Source of the DNA: Octopus sinensis
Lineage: Eukaryota
Assembly (NCBI RefSeq): GCF_006345805.1
Contig: NC_043001.1
Coordinates: forward strand, 28,582,001-28,646,000
DNA: 64,000 nucleotides
Reading direction: 5' to 3'
Shown here: piece after piece, positions 38,508 through 50,750 of the stretch
Position numbering within the stretch: position 1 is the stretch's first letter
Layout: each line of letters begins with the position of its first letter
Notes under the pieces: model-generated
Told to the model about the DNA's origin: nothing
Databases searched by the model: none
What the model saw: the letters and a program-made list of their open reading frames with translations, nothing else
Position numbers and translations under genes: made by a program

Positions 38508-39102
38508 TAATTCTTGATTATACACACAAACACACACAACTAGTGTCTTTCAGTTTCCTTCAGCAAAATTCACTCCCAGAGCTTTGTTCGACCCAGAACT
38601 ATAGTAGAAGATGCTTACCGAAGGTGAAACACAGTGGGACTGAACCTGAAACCATTGGAGTTTGGAAGCAAACTTCTTCTGAACCACATAGGCACACCAT
38701 GTGTGCACCTAGATATATATTAAATTATCCTCATCATTATCATTTAATGCTTGTTTTCCATGCTGGCATGGGTTGAACAGCCTGACAGGAGCTGGCAAGC
38801 CAAAGGACAACACTAGGTTCCACTGTCTGTTTTGGCATGTCTTTTACAGCTGGATGCCCTTCTTAAACATCAACCACTTTACAGAATGGGCTGGGTGCTT
38901 TCTACATGACCCCAGCACTGGCAAGATCTGCTTTGGCATGGTTGAGTGCAAGCATTGCTATGTAGTTAAGAAGTTGACTTCTTAACCCTATGATTTCGGA
39001 GTCAGTCCCATTGTGTAGCACCTTGGGCAAGTGTCTTCTACTTCAGCTTCATGGTGCCAACCAAAGCTTGTAAATGGATTTCAACAAGAAAACTGAAAGA
39101 AG

Positions 39103-39134
<32 letters not shown>

Positions 39135-39309
39135 ACGCATATACACTTCCTTTATTCTATATATTATATAAACTTCTTTACAACTGTGCAGAAAATATTC
39201 AATGTCAATTACATTCATTTAATTTTTGTAATAACTCAGGCCTACTATATCTCTTTCATATAGTCAGTATTAAGCTCCTTTTTTTTTGTAGCATAATTAA
39301 CAATCTGTT

Positions 39310-40115
39310 TATCATCATCATCATCATCATTTAACATCTGTCTTCCATGCTGACATGGGTAGTATGATTTGACAGGAGCCAGCCAGGTAGAAGACTACAC
39401 TAGGCTACTGTGTCTGTTTTGGCATGGTTTTACATTTGGATGCCCTTCCTGACACCAACCACCCTGCAGAGTGGACTGAGTATGTTTTGTGTGCTACCAT
39501 CTTTATGATGAGTATTATTTAAAGAAACACTTTCATAAATACAATGGTGTGTGTGTGTGTGTACCTGTGGAAGAAGGAGACCCAAGAAGACATGGAATGA
39601 AGTGGTAAGGACTGATCTTAGGAAGTTGGGCCTCACTTCTGGCAAATACTGGTGTTATGCAAATGGCACCCATGCCAGTGGAATGTAAAGGCATCCATTA
39701 CACACTCAGAATGGTTGGTGTTAGGAAGGGCATCCAGCCATAGAAAACCATGCCAAGTCAAACTGGAGTCTGGTGCAGCCTTCCAGCCCTGGTCAAACTG
39801 TCCAACCCATGCCAGCATGGACAACAGGCATTAAATGATGATGATATATATATATATATATATATATATATCATCATCATCATCATCATCGTTTAACGTC
39901 CGTTTTCCGCGCTAGCACGGGTTGGACGGTTTCGACCGGGGTCTGGGGAGCTCGGGACTGCCCCAGGCTCCAGTCTAGTCTGGCAGTGTTTCTACAGCTG
40001 GATGCCCTTCCTAACGCCAACCACTCCACGAGTGTAGTGGGTGCTTTTTACGTGCCACCTGCACAGATGCCAGAGGGGTCTGGCATCGGCCACGTTCGGA
40101 TGGTGCTTTTTATGT
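39310..40115. mobile_element. Cluster of three RTE 3' fragments in alternating orientation (-, +, -)
   Basis: ~39310-39500(-), ~39560-39845(+) and ~39870-40115(-), each with a (GAT)n or (CAT)n tail. Confidence 0.85.
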
Positions 40116-40367
40116 GGGGGGGGTGCAGAAATATAGGGGAGCACCAGTGGGGAGGGGTGGTTCAGAGAAATGATGACAGGTTCTAGGCAAGTAGAACGTA
40201 GGATATCGAGAGAGGGGTAATGCATGGTGAAATAGTGTATTGAAGAGGGGGGTTCGAAGAGTAGACACCTATAATGGTGGTGGGAGAAGCGACATCCGGT
40301 ATAGATGGAGCAAAATATAGAGATATCCGGTATTGGTGGTGGGGGTGGGAGGGCGGGCGCACAGCGC

Positions 40368-40939
40368 ATTGGGAGATGAGGTTTTAGGCGGCAGAAAGAA
40401 GACAGGATTGAGATGAAATGCTTTGCGGTGGTGTGAATAAGTTTTTGTGAGTGAAAGTTTTTATGCTTCAGCTAGCATTTGAGACGAAAGACAACGATAA
40501 CGCTATTAGATGGGGATACAATAATAATAAGGCTTGCAAAAAACAATGAAAAGAGGAAACAGGTCGGGAACTTAGCTGATGTTTTTTCATCCTGCGGTAG
40601 CGAGTGAAGGTGAGATATATACCGAGAGAGAGAGAGAGAGAGAGAGACAGTGAAAACAGAGGGAGAACCGACACCACATAGCGAGAGAGAGAATTGGGAG
40701 ATGAGGTTTTAGGCGGCAGAAAGAAGACAGGATTGAGATGAAATGCTTTGCGGTGGTGTGAATAAGTTTTTGTGAGTGAAAGTTTTTATGCTTCAGCTAG
40801 CATTTGAGACGAAAGACAACGATAACGCTATTAGATGGGGATACAATAATAATAAGGCTTGCAAAAAACAATGAAAAGAGGAAACAGGTCGGGAACTTAG
40901 CTGATGTTTTTTTTTCATCCTGCGGTAGCGAGTGAAGGT

Positions 40940-40948
<9 letters not shown>
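40368..40948. repeat. Direct duplication of ~253 bp (period 325)
   Basis: 40368-40620 is nearly identical to 40693-40948 apart from the length of a T-run. Confidence 0.93.
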
Positions 40949-40976
<28 letters not shown>

Positions 40977-41175
40977 TTATAAATGATTTATAAATTTATA
41001 TAATTCGTCACTAAATTTACTGCAATGTTTATTTTGACCATATCGTGCTTATGGGGTGTTTGGCAGGCAATTTAACTGGCCGTGTACATACGTGCATATA
41101 TATGTATGTATGGACGTTCGTATATGTAAGTATAACGTTTGTTCTGCATATATTTATCTGTATTTATGTACCTAT

Positions 41176-41247
41176 CTGATATATTCAACTGATGAGGCAA
41201 AGCTTATTTAAAGCAAAGCTAGAAATCCAGGATCTTGAATTATTCAG
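41176..41247 (+). ncRNA. Candidate type I hammerhead ribozyme
   Basis: Stem I attcaa/ttgaat, extended by ctga/tcag beyond a 3x3 loop. CTGATGA at 41189-41195. Stem II ggc/gct with inner gctt/aagc. GAAA at 41222-41225. Stem III atcc-a-ggat. Cleavage triplet AUC ends at 41234. There is one extra A before GAAA. Confidence 0.65.
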
Positions 41248-42694
41248 TAATATTTTTTGCTTGTCTATTTTGTCCCTCTGTCTTATCTCATGGTGCGATA
41301 TGAACATTTAACATGGTTTTAGAGTCAGGGATTTGACTGCTATTTCGGCATGGTGGTGTCTCTTAGACACCCTTATTTTTAGTATATATATATATTCTTT
41401 CTTAACACAGTGTGACAAGTTTGAACATGTATATATTAACTACTGTTGTAATTACATCTTCCAAAACAAAATATGCTAAGAATGAATAAACTTATTGGAT
41501 TCTTGCTGTTTTATGTGCTTATGATAATTTATTACCAATTAAATAGACATCAGTACACATCAGCAAATAATCTGTTAACTTAATTCTGTAAACAAAACCC
41601 ACCAATCTTGCTTGGTTTCAGAGATCCAGGAGTTTTGACTGAGGAGACATAAAAAGTTCAAAACACCAGTGTTGTTATCAACTTTATTATTTGAATGGAA
41701 TTGTTCTCCAAAGGAAAAACACAACAGTAAATAATATATTCACATTCAAATCTGAACATATTAAGAAAGAAGAGACAGATCATTGCTTTGATCCTTGATC
41801 AAAGCAATGATAATTCATTTCATACATACTACAGCGATTTAGTAATAACTTAGCCAACCATAAAATCACAACAGTGTCTATATACAAATCAGATGATCTA
41901 GAACAATCACATTTTCCTTGCTAATTCAACTAAAATTGTGAAAGCAATTAATGAGTGGTTTTGCTTTTTAAATAATTTTAAATAGATGACCTAGAAAGCT
42001 GGACAGATTTTCACACATGGATGTTCAAGTTCGTTATTCAGTTTTAACCATCATTGTGAAGAACAAGTAGAATTTCATTTTCTTCAACAATGATTAAATG
42101 CTTGCTGATGAAAACAAACAACATCCAACTATAGGTTATTATCAAATCATTCCAGTTTCAAATCAATCATAATCCAATAACTCAACTCTGACAATTAGAG
42201 TGACACAAGTAAAATAATAATTACTTAATATCTGTAAAAAGCTAGAAGAATCTTTCTAAGGCATTTTGCTCAATGCTCAAATGATGCTGCCATAACACTG
42301 CCTTTATATAATAATAATAATCTTTTCTACCAAAGGCACAAGGACTGGAATTTGAGGGGAGGGGGGATAGTCAATCACATCGACCCCAGTGCTTGACTGG
42401 TACTTAATTTATCAATCCTAAAAGGGTGAAAGGCAAAGTCGACCTCGGCAGAATAACAATAATAGTATTCCTTTCTACTACAGGCACAAGGCCTGAAACT
42501 AGTGGGGAGGAGGATAGTCGATTACATCAATTCCAGTATACAACTGGTACTTATTTTATCAACCCCAGAAAGATGAAAGACAAAGTCAACCTCAGCAGAA
42601 TGTGAACTCAGAATGTGAAGACAGATAAAATACCACTAAACATTTCACCCAGTGTGATAGCAATTTTGCCAGTTTGCCAATAATAATAATAATA

Positions 42695-43295
42695 AATGCC
42701 CTGATGCAATACCAGGTAGTAGCTCTCATGGCTTCTGATCTTAACTGATTAGAAATGTTATGTACATTGTTTTTGTCTTGGTATAAAAGATGGGTTACAG
42801 CAAATATTCTGCTCAATACCACAGATTTGCTGTTCAATTGCTTGACCATAAGTTGAGCATATCCCTTAGTGGCTGACAATATGTGCATCTCTGATCATTA
42901 GCAGAAGTAGTGGAGGACCATCATAGTCATATGTTGAAAGGAATTCTTTGGAGTTTGAATAATTCACCGTTGGAAACATGGGTGTTTTATTCATCATCCT
43001 TAAACAACCCTTATTCAGGAACCTTTTGAGCAGGATGTGTTACCCACCCTGAAGAAAATTCTAACTGGGCCCCACCTGCAAGGTCATGCACTGATTATCT
43101 TGATATGAGATCAACATGTCATGCACATATGGCTGTGATGCATGTGCCTGGTGTACCCTTATCAGACAGATAGTCATGATGGGTAAATTGGGCTTCATAT
43201 ATTTGTAACCCAGTGTCGCTTTGATGGCATGCGCTACTCTCTCACTCAATAATAATAATAATGATAATAATAATAACAATAACAATAACAATAAC

Positions 43296-43331
<36 letters not shown>

Positions 43332-43332
43332 T
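42695..43332 (+). mobile_element. Unclassified retroposon with long (AAT)n tail
   Basis: Its 3' part (catgtgcctggtgtacc...ctctctcactcaataataat) recurs at 46183-46325. Confidence 0.7.
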
Positions 43333-43884
43333 TCAATGGTTACAAATTTGGCTCAGGGCCAGCAATTTTAGAGGAAGAGTGTTGATTAAAACACCCCAGT
43401 ACTTGAATGGTACTTAATTTTATGAAAAAAATCTGAAAGTGTGAAAGGTAAAGTTGATATCAATGGGACTCAAAGTCAGAATGCAAAGTGCCTGAATAAG
43501 TACCATGAGGCACTTTTCTAATACTTTTAACAAATCTACTAATCCACCATCCTTAAGGTTTTTGTTTCTAATGCAGGTGCAAAGCCAGAAATTTTGAAAG
43601 AGAGGACAGTCAATTAAACTAGCCCCAGTACTTGACTGATACCTTATTTTATTGACCCTGGAAGAAAAACAAAGCAAAGTTGGTCTCAGCAAGATTTGAA
43701 CTCAGAATATACAGATAGGTGCAGGTATGGTTGTGTGGTAAGCAGCTTGCTTCACAACCACATGGCTCCAAGTTCAACCCCACTGCATGGTATCTTGGGC
43801 AAGTGTCTTCTGCTGTAGCCTCAGGTCAACCAAAGCCTTGTGGGTGGATTTGGTAGACAGAAACTGAGTTTGTGTGTGTGTCTG

Positions 43885-45138
43885 GTGATATGAGGTTTTT
43901 GAGAAGACCCACCCAGGGAAGCAAAACTGAGTTCTAGAAGTGCTACCACAACAAACCAAATTACATCTCTACATCACTCCTCTTCCTTGCATTTCCACTT
44001 CATGCCCTTTGCTTACCTCCCACTCCACAATCCTGTACTCTTGGCCTTATCTCACTGTATCATTGTTATCTGTTAGACCCTGACCTGTGTGTTCCTCCAA
44101 CACACCCTGTCTCACTATATCATTGCTATCTGCAAGCCCCCAACCTGTGTGTTCCATCCACATGTGACAAGAAAACCTGTCACACACACTACCCAATAAA
44201 CCAATCGATATCTCTTCTCTTCCTCACATTTCCTCCTTCATGCACTATGCCTACCTCACACTCTTCAATCCTATCCTATCCCCCTCCCCTCGTTTCTCTA
44301 TATCATTGCTATCCGGTAAACACCCCCACACATACACACACTTTATATATACCCAGATTTTCACCACTCACTTCCCCCTCTAAACTCTCTAATCACACTT
44401 ACTTCATGATATTCTGCCACTTACATTATGACATTCGAACTTCAAGAGTATGCCCTGGCACTTGCCACCATCTATATCTCTCACTTCCTTTACTCAACCA
44501 TCCCATTTATATTCTGATCCATCCCTTGTGAGTAAGCCCAGCACATTGCTACCATCTCTATCCTGCCGTCTCCCACTTTCTCTCTCCTTTTCCTGCACTT
44601 CCCTCAGATTAGGTAACCATGCATCTACTTTACAGCAGCACACTTGTTTCTGTTTTCATTCTTGATCTCTCTCTCTTTCTCTCTCTCTGGCCAGGTAACC
44701 TTGTACCTCTTCTATAGCAAGGTACCTGTTTCTGTCTCTCTGCCTCACTATAACTTTTCATCATCTGACACAAGATCACCTCCTCCAATTCCTCCTACAT
44801 CTGAAAAGATTTTTTTTTGTCTTGCAAGGTACTTGGTGACCCTGTCAGTGCAGGTCCCACTTAAAAAGCATTCAGTCCACACTGTAAAGGGTTAGCAGTT
44901 AGAAGGACATTCAGCTGTAAAAACTTTGCTAAAACTGACCTTGCCTGTGCTTGTGCCATGTAAAAAACACAAAGTCCACACTGCTGGGTGGTTGTTATTA
45001 GGAATGGCATCTAGCAGTAAAAACCCTGTCAAAATAGTCACAGAAGTCTGATACAGGTTTCTGCCTGGCCGGCTCCTGTCAAACTGTCCCACCCATGGAA
45101 GGTGGCCGTTAAACAAGGGATGATGATGATGATGATGA
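43885..45138 (+). mobile_element. Old RTE-like 3' region with long pyrimidine-rich UTR and (GAT)n tail
   Basis: gagaagaccc near 43900 resembles the RTE ORF end. A C/T-rich tract follows, then degenerate gtgc..taaaaagca modules and ccgttaaac...gatgatgat. Confidence 0.55.
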
Positions 45139-45220
45139 TATGTATGTATATATTTGTGTGTTTCTCTTTATGTCTGTGTTTGTGCCCCTCTCACCCCACT
45201 GCTTGACAGCCAGTGTTGAT

Positions 45221-45549
45221 ACATTTATTTACATTTGACAGATATTTGTCCTCATCTTGTTTGTTGTTAATACACGGGCATATGGCGTAGTGGTTAAGAG
45301 CGCAGGTTACTAACCCCAAGATCCCAAGTGTGATTCCAGGCAGTGACCTGAACAATAATAATAATAACATTGAAAAATACCTAAGGAATGAGAAGCCAGG
45401 TTCAAAATTTCCCCAAGACACCTGATGAAGGCTGGAGGGTATATCAACCGAAACATGTTAACAACAAACAAGATGAGGACAAATATTCATCAAATGTAAA
45501 TAATGTAAATAATGTACAAAATTCCCCATCTCTTAAATATAGAACTGAA
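45221..45549 (+). mobile_element. tRNA-headed, hammerhead-like retroposon (family E) with inverted 5' segment and 11-bp TSD
   Basis: TSD ccagtgttgat at 45210-45220 and 45550-45560. 45221-45275 is the reverse complement of ~45456-45510. tRNA-like head at 45276-45349, CTGATGA at 45422-45428, GAAAC at 45450-45454. It is inserted in a SINE A. Confidence 0.8.
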
Positions 45550-45939
45550 CCAGTGTTGATGTATTAAGGTCCTCACAACTTTGCAGTTCAGCAAAAGAGA
45601 CTGATAGAATAAGAACTAGGCTTTAAAACTAAGTCCTGGGGTCGACTTAACTAAAGAAAATAAAACCTAGCATGGCCATAGTCAAATGATTGAAACTAGT
45701 AAAAGAATACTGTAACACAAGTACCATGACCTGATATTACAACTAGCCTGATTTTCAAAGAATCTCGGTTCCAAACCAGATGAAATGGCATTCAGCAATA
45801 TTCAATGAAAATTACCCATTGTCTCAAAATCACCCTGCATGTATTCATATATGAATTAACAGATACGTGGTCTGATCAATAAGTATCTGGACTGTATCTG
45901 GACCCCAAAAAGGAGGCATTAGGAAAGAAAGAAAAATAA

Positions 45940-46143
45940 TCCTTTCCACAAGGCCTGGAATTTGGTGAGATGGGTAAAGTCGATTACATTGACCCAGTAC
46001 TCAACTGGTACTTAATTTAGCGACCCCCAAAGGGGTGAAAGACAAGGTCAACTTGGCCGGAATTTGAACTCAGAACACAGTGACAGGCGAAACACCACTA
46101 AGCATTTCATCCAGCATGCTAACAATTCTGCCAGCTCACTGCT

Positions 46144-46183
<40 letters not shown>

Positions 46184-46289
46184 CATGTGCCTGGTGTACC
46201 TTTATCAGACGGGTAGTCATGATGGGTATATTGGGCTTCGTATATTTTACCCCAGTGTCACTTTGATGGCATGAACTGCTCTCTCACTC

Positions 46290-46325
<36 letters not shown>

Positions 46326-46720
46326 GTCTACTAAAGGCGCAAGACCTGAAATTTGTGGGGAAGGAACTAGTCAATTACATCGACCCCAATACTTGACTGG
46401 TACTTAATTTATCAATTCCGAAAGGATGAAAGGCAAAGTTGACCTCGGTGGTATTTGAACTCAGGACACACAGACAGAATGCTGCCATGTGTGCATATAT
46501 AAAATAACAATAAACTCTTTTTCTTTCTTTTTTCTTTTCTATTCTAGGCACAAGGTCTGGAATTTGCAGGGGGAAGGAAAGGGTCTAGTCAATTTACATC
46601 AACCCCGGTGTGCAACTGGTACTTTATATTATTGACCCCACTGAAAGGATGGAAAGCAAAGTTGATCTTTGCAGAATGTGAACTCAGAATATAAAATGTT
46701 GGAAGAAATGCTGCTAAAAC
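45940..46720 (-). mobile_element. Cluster of diverged SINE family B copies separated by (AAT)n
   Basis: Repeated actggtacttaattt...gaaaggatgaaaggcaaagt...atttgaactcag. Similar clusters at 42320-42680, 43340-43710 and 48730-49423. Confidence 0.8.
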
Positions 46721-46974
46721 TGGGTTCATTCAAATTACAAAGAACAAGCATGACATTTACTTCACAACATCTGTTGCATCAATAACACTATCACTCTCCA
46801 ATCATCTGCACAACACTTGAGTTGTTCTCTATCAGTCTGCTCAATACTACAATAAATCTTTATGAACCAATGAAGGAAATTATGTGGTTATTTGACTTGC
46901 TAAAAATAGCAGCCAAATCTCCCTCATAATACACCTAACTTGTCTTTAAAAAGAATGAAAAAGCACACTGAATG

Positions 46975-47390
46975 ATGATGATCATCATCATCATTTAACA
47001 TCTGCTTTCCATGCTAGCATGGGTTGGACGATTTTGACTGAGGGCTGGCGAGCCAGATGGCTGCACCAGGCTCCAATCTTGATCTGGCAGAGTTTCTAGA
47101 GCTGGATGCCCTTCCTAACGCCAACCACTCTGAGAGTGTAGTGCTTTTTACATGCCACCGGCAGTACTGGCGGTACTGGCAATGACCTCACTCGAATCTT
47201 TTTACACATGTCACTGGTGCCAGTAAGGCGACGCTGGTAACGATCACGCTTGAATTGGTGCCCTTTTACGTGCCACCGGCACGGAAACCGGTTAGCCACT
47301 CTGGCAACGATCACACTCAGATGGTGCTCTCTGGCAACGATCACGCTTGGATGGTGCTCTTGGCACCCCACTAGCACAAGTGCCAGCAGT
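46975..47390 (-). mobile_element. RTE LINE 3' UTR fragment with modules
   Basis: (CAT)n tail and ttttacgtgccaccggcacg modules. Confidence 0.85.
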
Positions 47391-49206
47391 CTGAATAAAA
47401 CAGAGTGACTATAGCTGGAATGTCTTTGATCCTAAATCTGCTCAATCAAGACCAGGTGCTGATCAATAACAATAATCTCTACTCATCTCTGCTCTTATCT
47501 AAATTGTAATTCATCTATATGCAGTTTCCCTCTTTTCACTAATACAAAATCTCTCAGGTCAACCACCATACTGCAAATCTTTAGAATTCTCTTCACATTT
47601 TGATTTTCTTCCAACTAAATCAGCAATTCAAATTGAACAACTATAAAATTAATATAATCTAATTATCCAAGTCAATAAATCTAATAGTGCACCTCTAGCC
47701 CTTCTCAAAGTGTATTGTGTTTTTGTTAGCACCCTTCATCCTTTCATATAGTTTTCTGAATATCTTAGCATAAATTACATTCTTATAATAAAATTAAATG
47801 GCATACAAGGCCCTATAAATTCTACTATAAGAAAATTAAAAGGCTTACATTTCTCATAAATGATTTCAAATACACATTACATACATAACACTTACTCCAA
47901 AAACTAGAGGGGTTTTCAGCAACAGCACAGTTGTTCATCTAAGTTCCAGCCTAGCCTTCTTAATTACATACAACTAATAGTGGCCTTAAAAAGGAACTGG
48001 ACTTTCCATTACTATATAAAGGCATATAACCTAATTAATGATTACACCACTCTCTGAAATGTCAAAGCCTGTCATATTTTAACAGTTTTATCATAAACTA
48101 GAGTGACATTTAGAGGAGAGTAGATATAGAATCTAATTACTCTGTATTTAGTGCTAATAATCTAATTAATAGCTTATTGGGAAATTAGTATTTCAGCTGT
48201 AGTGTTTTGTAATTACTTTTTGGTGACCCTCTTATTTGTATTATATTTTAAACAATGAGCCTATTCAATATTTCTCTCCTTTTTTTTTTTTTCCTTACAG
48301 TATAAACCAAAGTGAAACATAGGTTTGCTATGTACAAGTTAAAAAAATATATCCATTTGACACGCCTTCAAATGAAAGAGATTTTATTAAATAAAACATG
48401 AATCAACTGTTAGATTATGTACAGAACGACTGTTTCAAAGTGAACTTAATTCATAATAAAAACAATCTCAATATGAAATACCCAGCCAATCATTAAGTAA
48501 ATAATGTCTCCAAATTCCACCCTGATGTGTATCATCAAATCCACCAAAAACCTCTTTACTAAACATTAAACACAAGCTTTATTTCCCAGAGCTACAGGAG
48601 TTTTCTAGAATTCTTTCTGTAACTACATTGATCTCACCAGTCTGGGAGAACCAGGAAAAGACTAATGAACACCGTCCTTCCTCCTGTAACTGGGTTTGTA
48701 TTTATTTATTTATTTATTTTACCTTTTTCCTTTCTAGTATAAGCACAAAGCCAGCAATTTTCAGAGAAAGAGTCTAATTACAATGACCCCAGTACTCAAC
48801 TGGTACTTATTTTACTGAACCCCGAAGGATGAAAAACAAAAACGTAAGGAATTCAAATACTGCCAAAGTCAACTTTGTCTTTGATCCTTTTGGGGTCAAT
48901 AAAATAAGGACCAGGCTTTGACCCAGTGGTAGAAAAAGAAGGAAAAAATTATTTTAATAATCCTTTCTACTTTAGGCGCAAGGCTTGAAATTTGTGGGGA
49001 GGGGACTAGTCAATTACAATGACCCTAGTACTTTACTGGTACTTAAGTTATCAACCCCAAAAGGACGAAAGGCAAAGTCAACCTCTGCAGAATTTGAACT
49101 CAGAATGTAGCAACAGGCTAAACACCACTAAACATTTCATCCAGCGTGCTAACAATTCTGCCAGCTTGCTGCCTTAATAATAATAATGATAATAATAATA
49201 ATAATG

Positions 49207-49259
<53 letters not shown>

Positions 49260-49831
49260 CCTTTCTGGTAAAAACACAAGGCCTGAAATTTGTGGGGAGA
49301 GGACAAGTCAATTACATCGGATGAAAGGCAAAGTCAGCCTCAGCGGAGTTTGAACTCAGAACATAGCAGCAGACAAAATACTGCTAAGCATTTCACCCAG
49401 CCTACAAACGATTCTGCCGCCTTATAATACAAGCTGAGATACAAAATATTATAGTTGCCATAACCATTATTAATATTGAACACTATAATATTACTAACAA
49501 TAAATAAGTTAGTAAAATTACAGAATTTGAGATAACAAGTGATGCTCTGTGTAGGTGTGAAAGCAGTGCAGCATGGAAGAAGATTGGTCTAAAAAGGGAT
49601 TCAATTTCATTTTAGAGCAAAGTTCTGCATCCCAAAAAGGAAAAATGTCAAATGAACTAGAATTAGTGAAAGGGGGGATAAGGGAGGAGAAGGGAGAGAT
49701 AACAAGTGTTAGTGGAAGGAGTAAATGGGAGTTAGGAGGGGAAATAAAGGATGAAAAGAATGCCAACATTGAAAAAACACTGAATGGCGGGGAGATAATA
49801 ACAGGGAAATACTATACTCACACTCACACAC

Positions 49832-49876
<45 letters not shown>

Positions 49877-50086
49877 CACATCAAAGCAAACAATGTACCC
49901 ATAGTGTAGTTAGATGATGACTGAAAACACAAAACTCAGACACAGAGGGTATATTTTATACTTGCTCTACAAAATGCAACTACTTTAATCTAAATCTCTA
50001 TGGTTAGAAACCATTTTGTGTTTAGCTTGAAAAGTTTGAACTATTAAACTTGATATATGCATTTCGGTGAAAAAAAATTCTTTTAA

Positions 50087-50750
50087 CCCTTTGGCTACCA
50101 ACCCAGCTGAAACGGCCTCTGGCTCTGTTTTGTTTTCAAAAATTCTGAATTAAAATCTTTCACAAAACCTTAGACACAATTTATACTCCTAACACTAGCT
50201 TTGTTATATTTAAAATTAATTGAAAGAAACACAGAGCATCTCAACAGAAATATGGTAATAAAAGGGTTAAATACTCTTTCCTGGTGTAAAGTTTGAACTA
50301 TTAAACTTGATATATGCATTTCGGTGAAAAAAAATTCTTTTAACCCTTTGGCTACCAACCCAGCTGAAACGGCCTCTGGCTCTGTTTTGTTTTCAAAAAT
50401 TCTGAATTAAAATCTTCCACTAAACCTTAGACATAATTTATATTCCTAACACCAGCTTAATGATAACTAAGTTATTTTACGAGATTCTTTGCTATATTTA
50501 AAATTAATTGAAAGAAACACAGAGCATCTCAACAGAAATATGGTAATGAAAGGGTTAAATACTCTTTTAACCCTTTGGCTACCAACCCAGCTGAAACGGC
50601 CTCTGGCTCTGTTTTGTTTTCAAAAATTCTGAATTAAAATCTTTCACAAAACCTTAGACACAATTTATACTCCTAACACTAGCTTTGTTATATTTAAAAT
50701 TAATTGAAAGAAACACATAGCATCTCAACAGAAATATGGTAATAAAAGGG
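50087..50750. mobile_element. Three tandem copies of piggyBac-type MITE family 1
   Basis: Copies at 50087-50266, 50344-50554 and 50571-50750, each TTAA|CCC...GGG|TTAA. The upstream flank is duplicated as well. Confidence 0.9.

Noticed and set aside
45864-45895. Mariner-like TIR start (tacgtggtctgatcaataagtatc)
   Set aside because: No partner TIR or transposase sequence was found, and it is too short to call.
49518-49917. 114-aa ORF in unique sequence
   Set aside because: No recognisable domain or convincing splice sites, and it ends in a (CA)n repeat.
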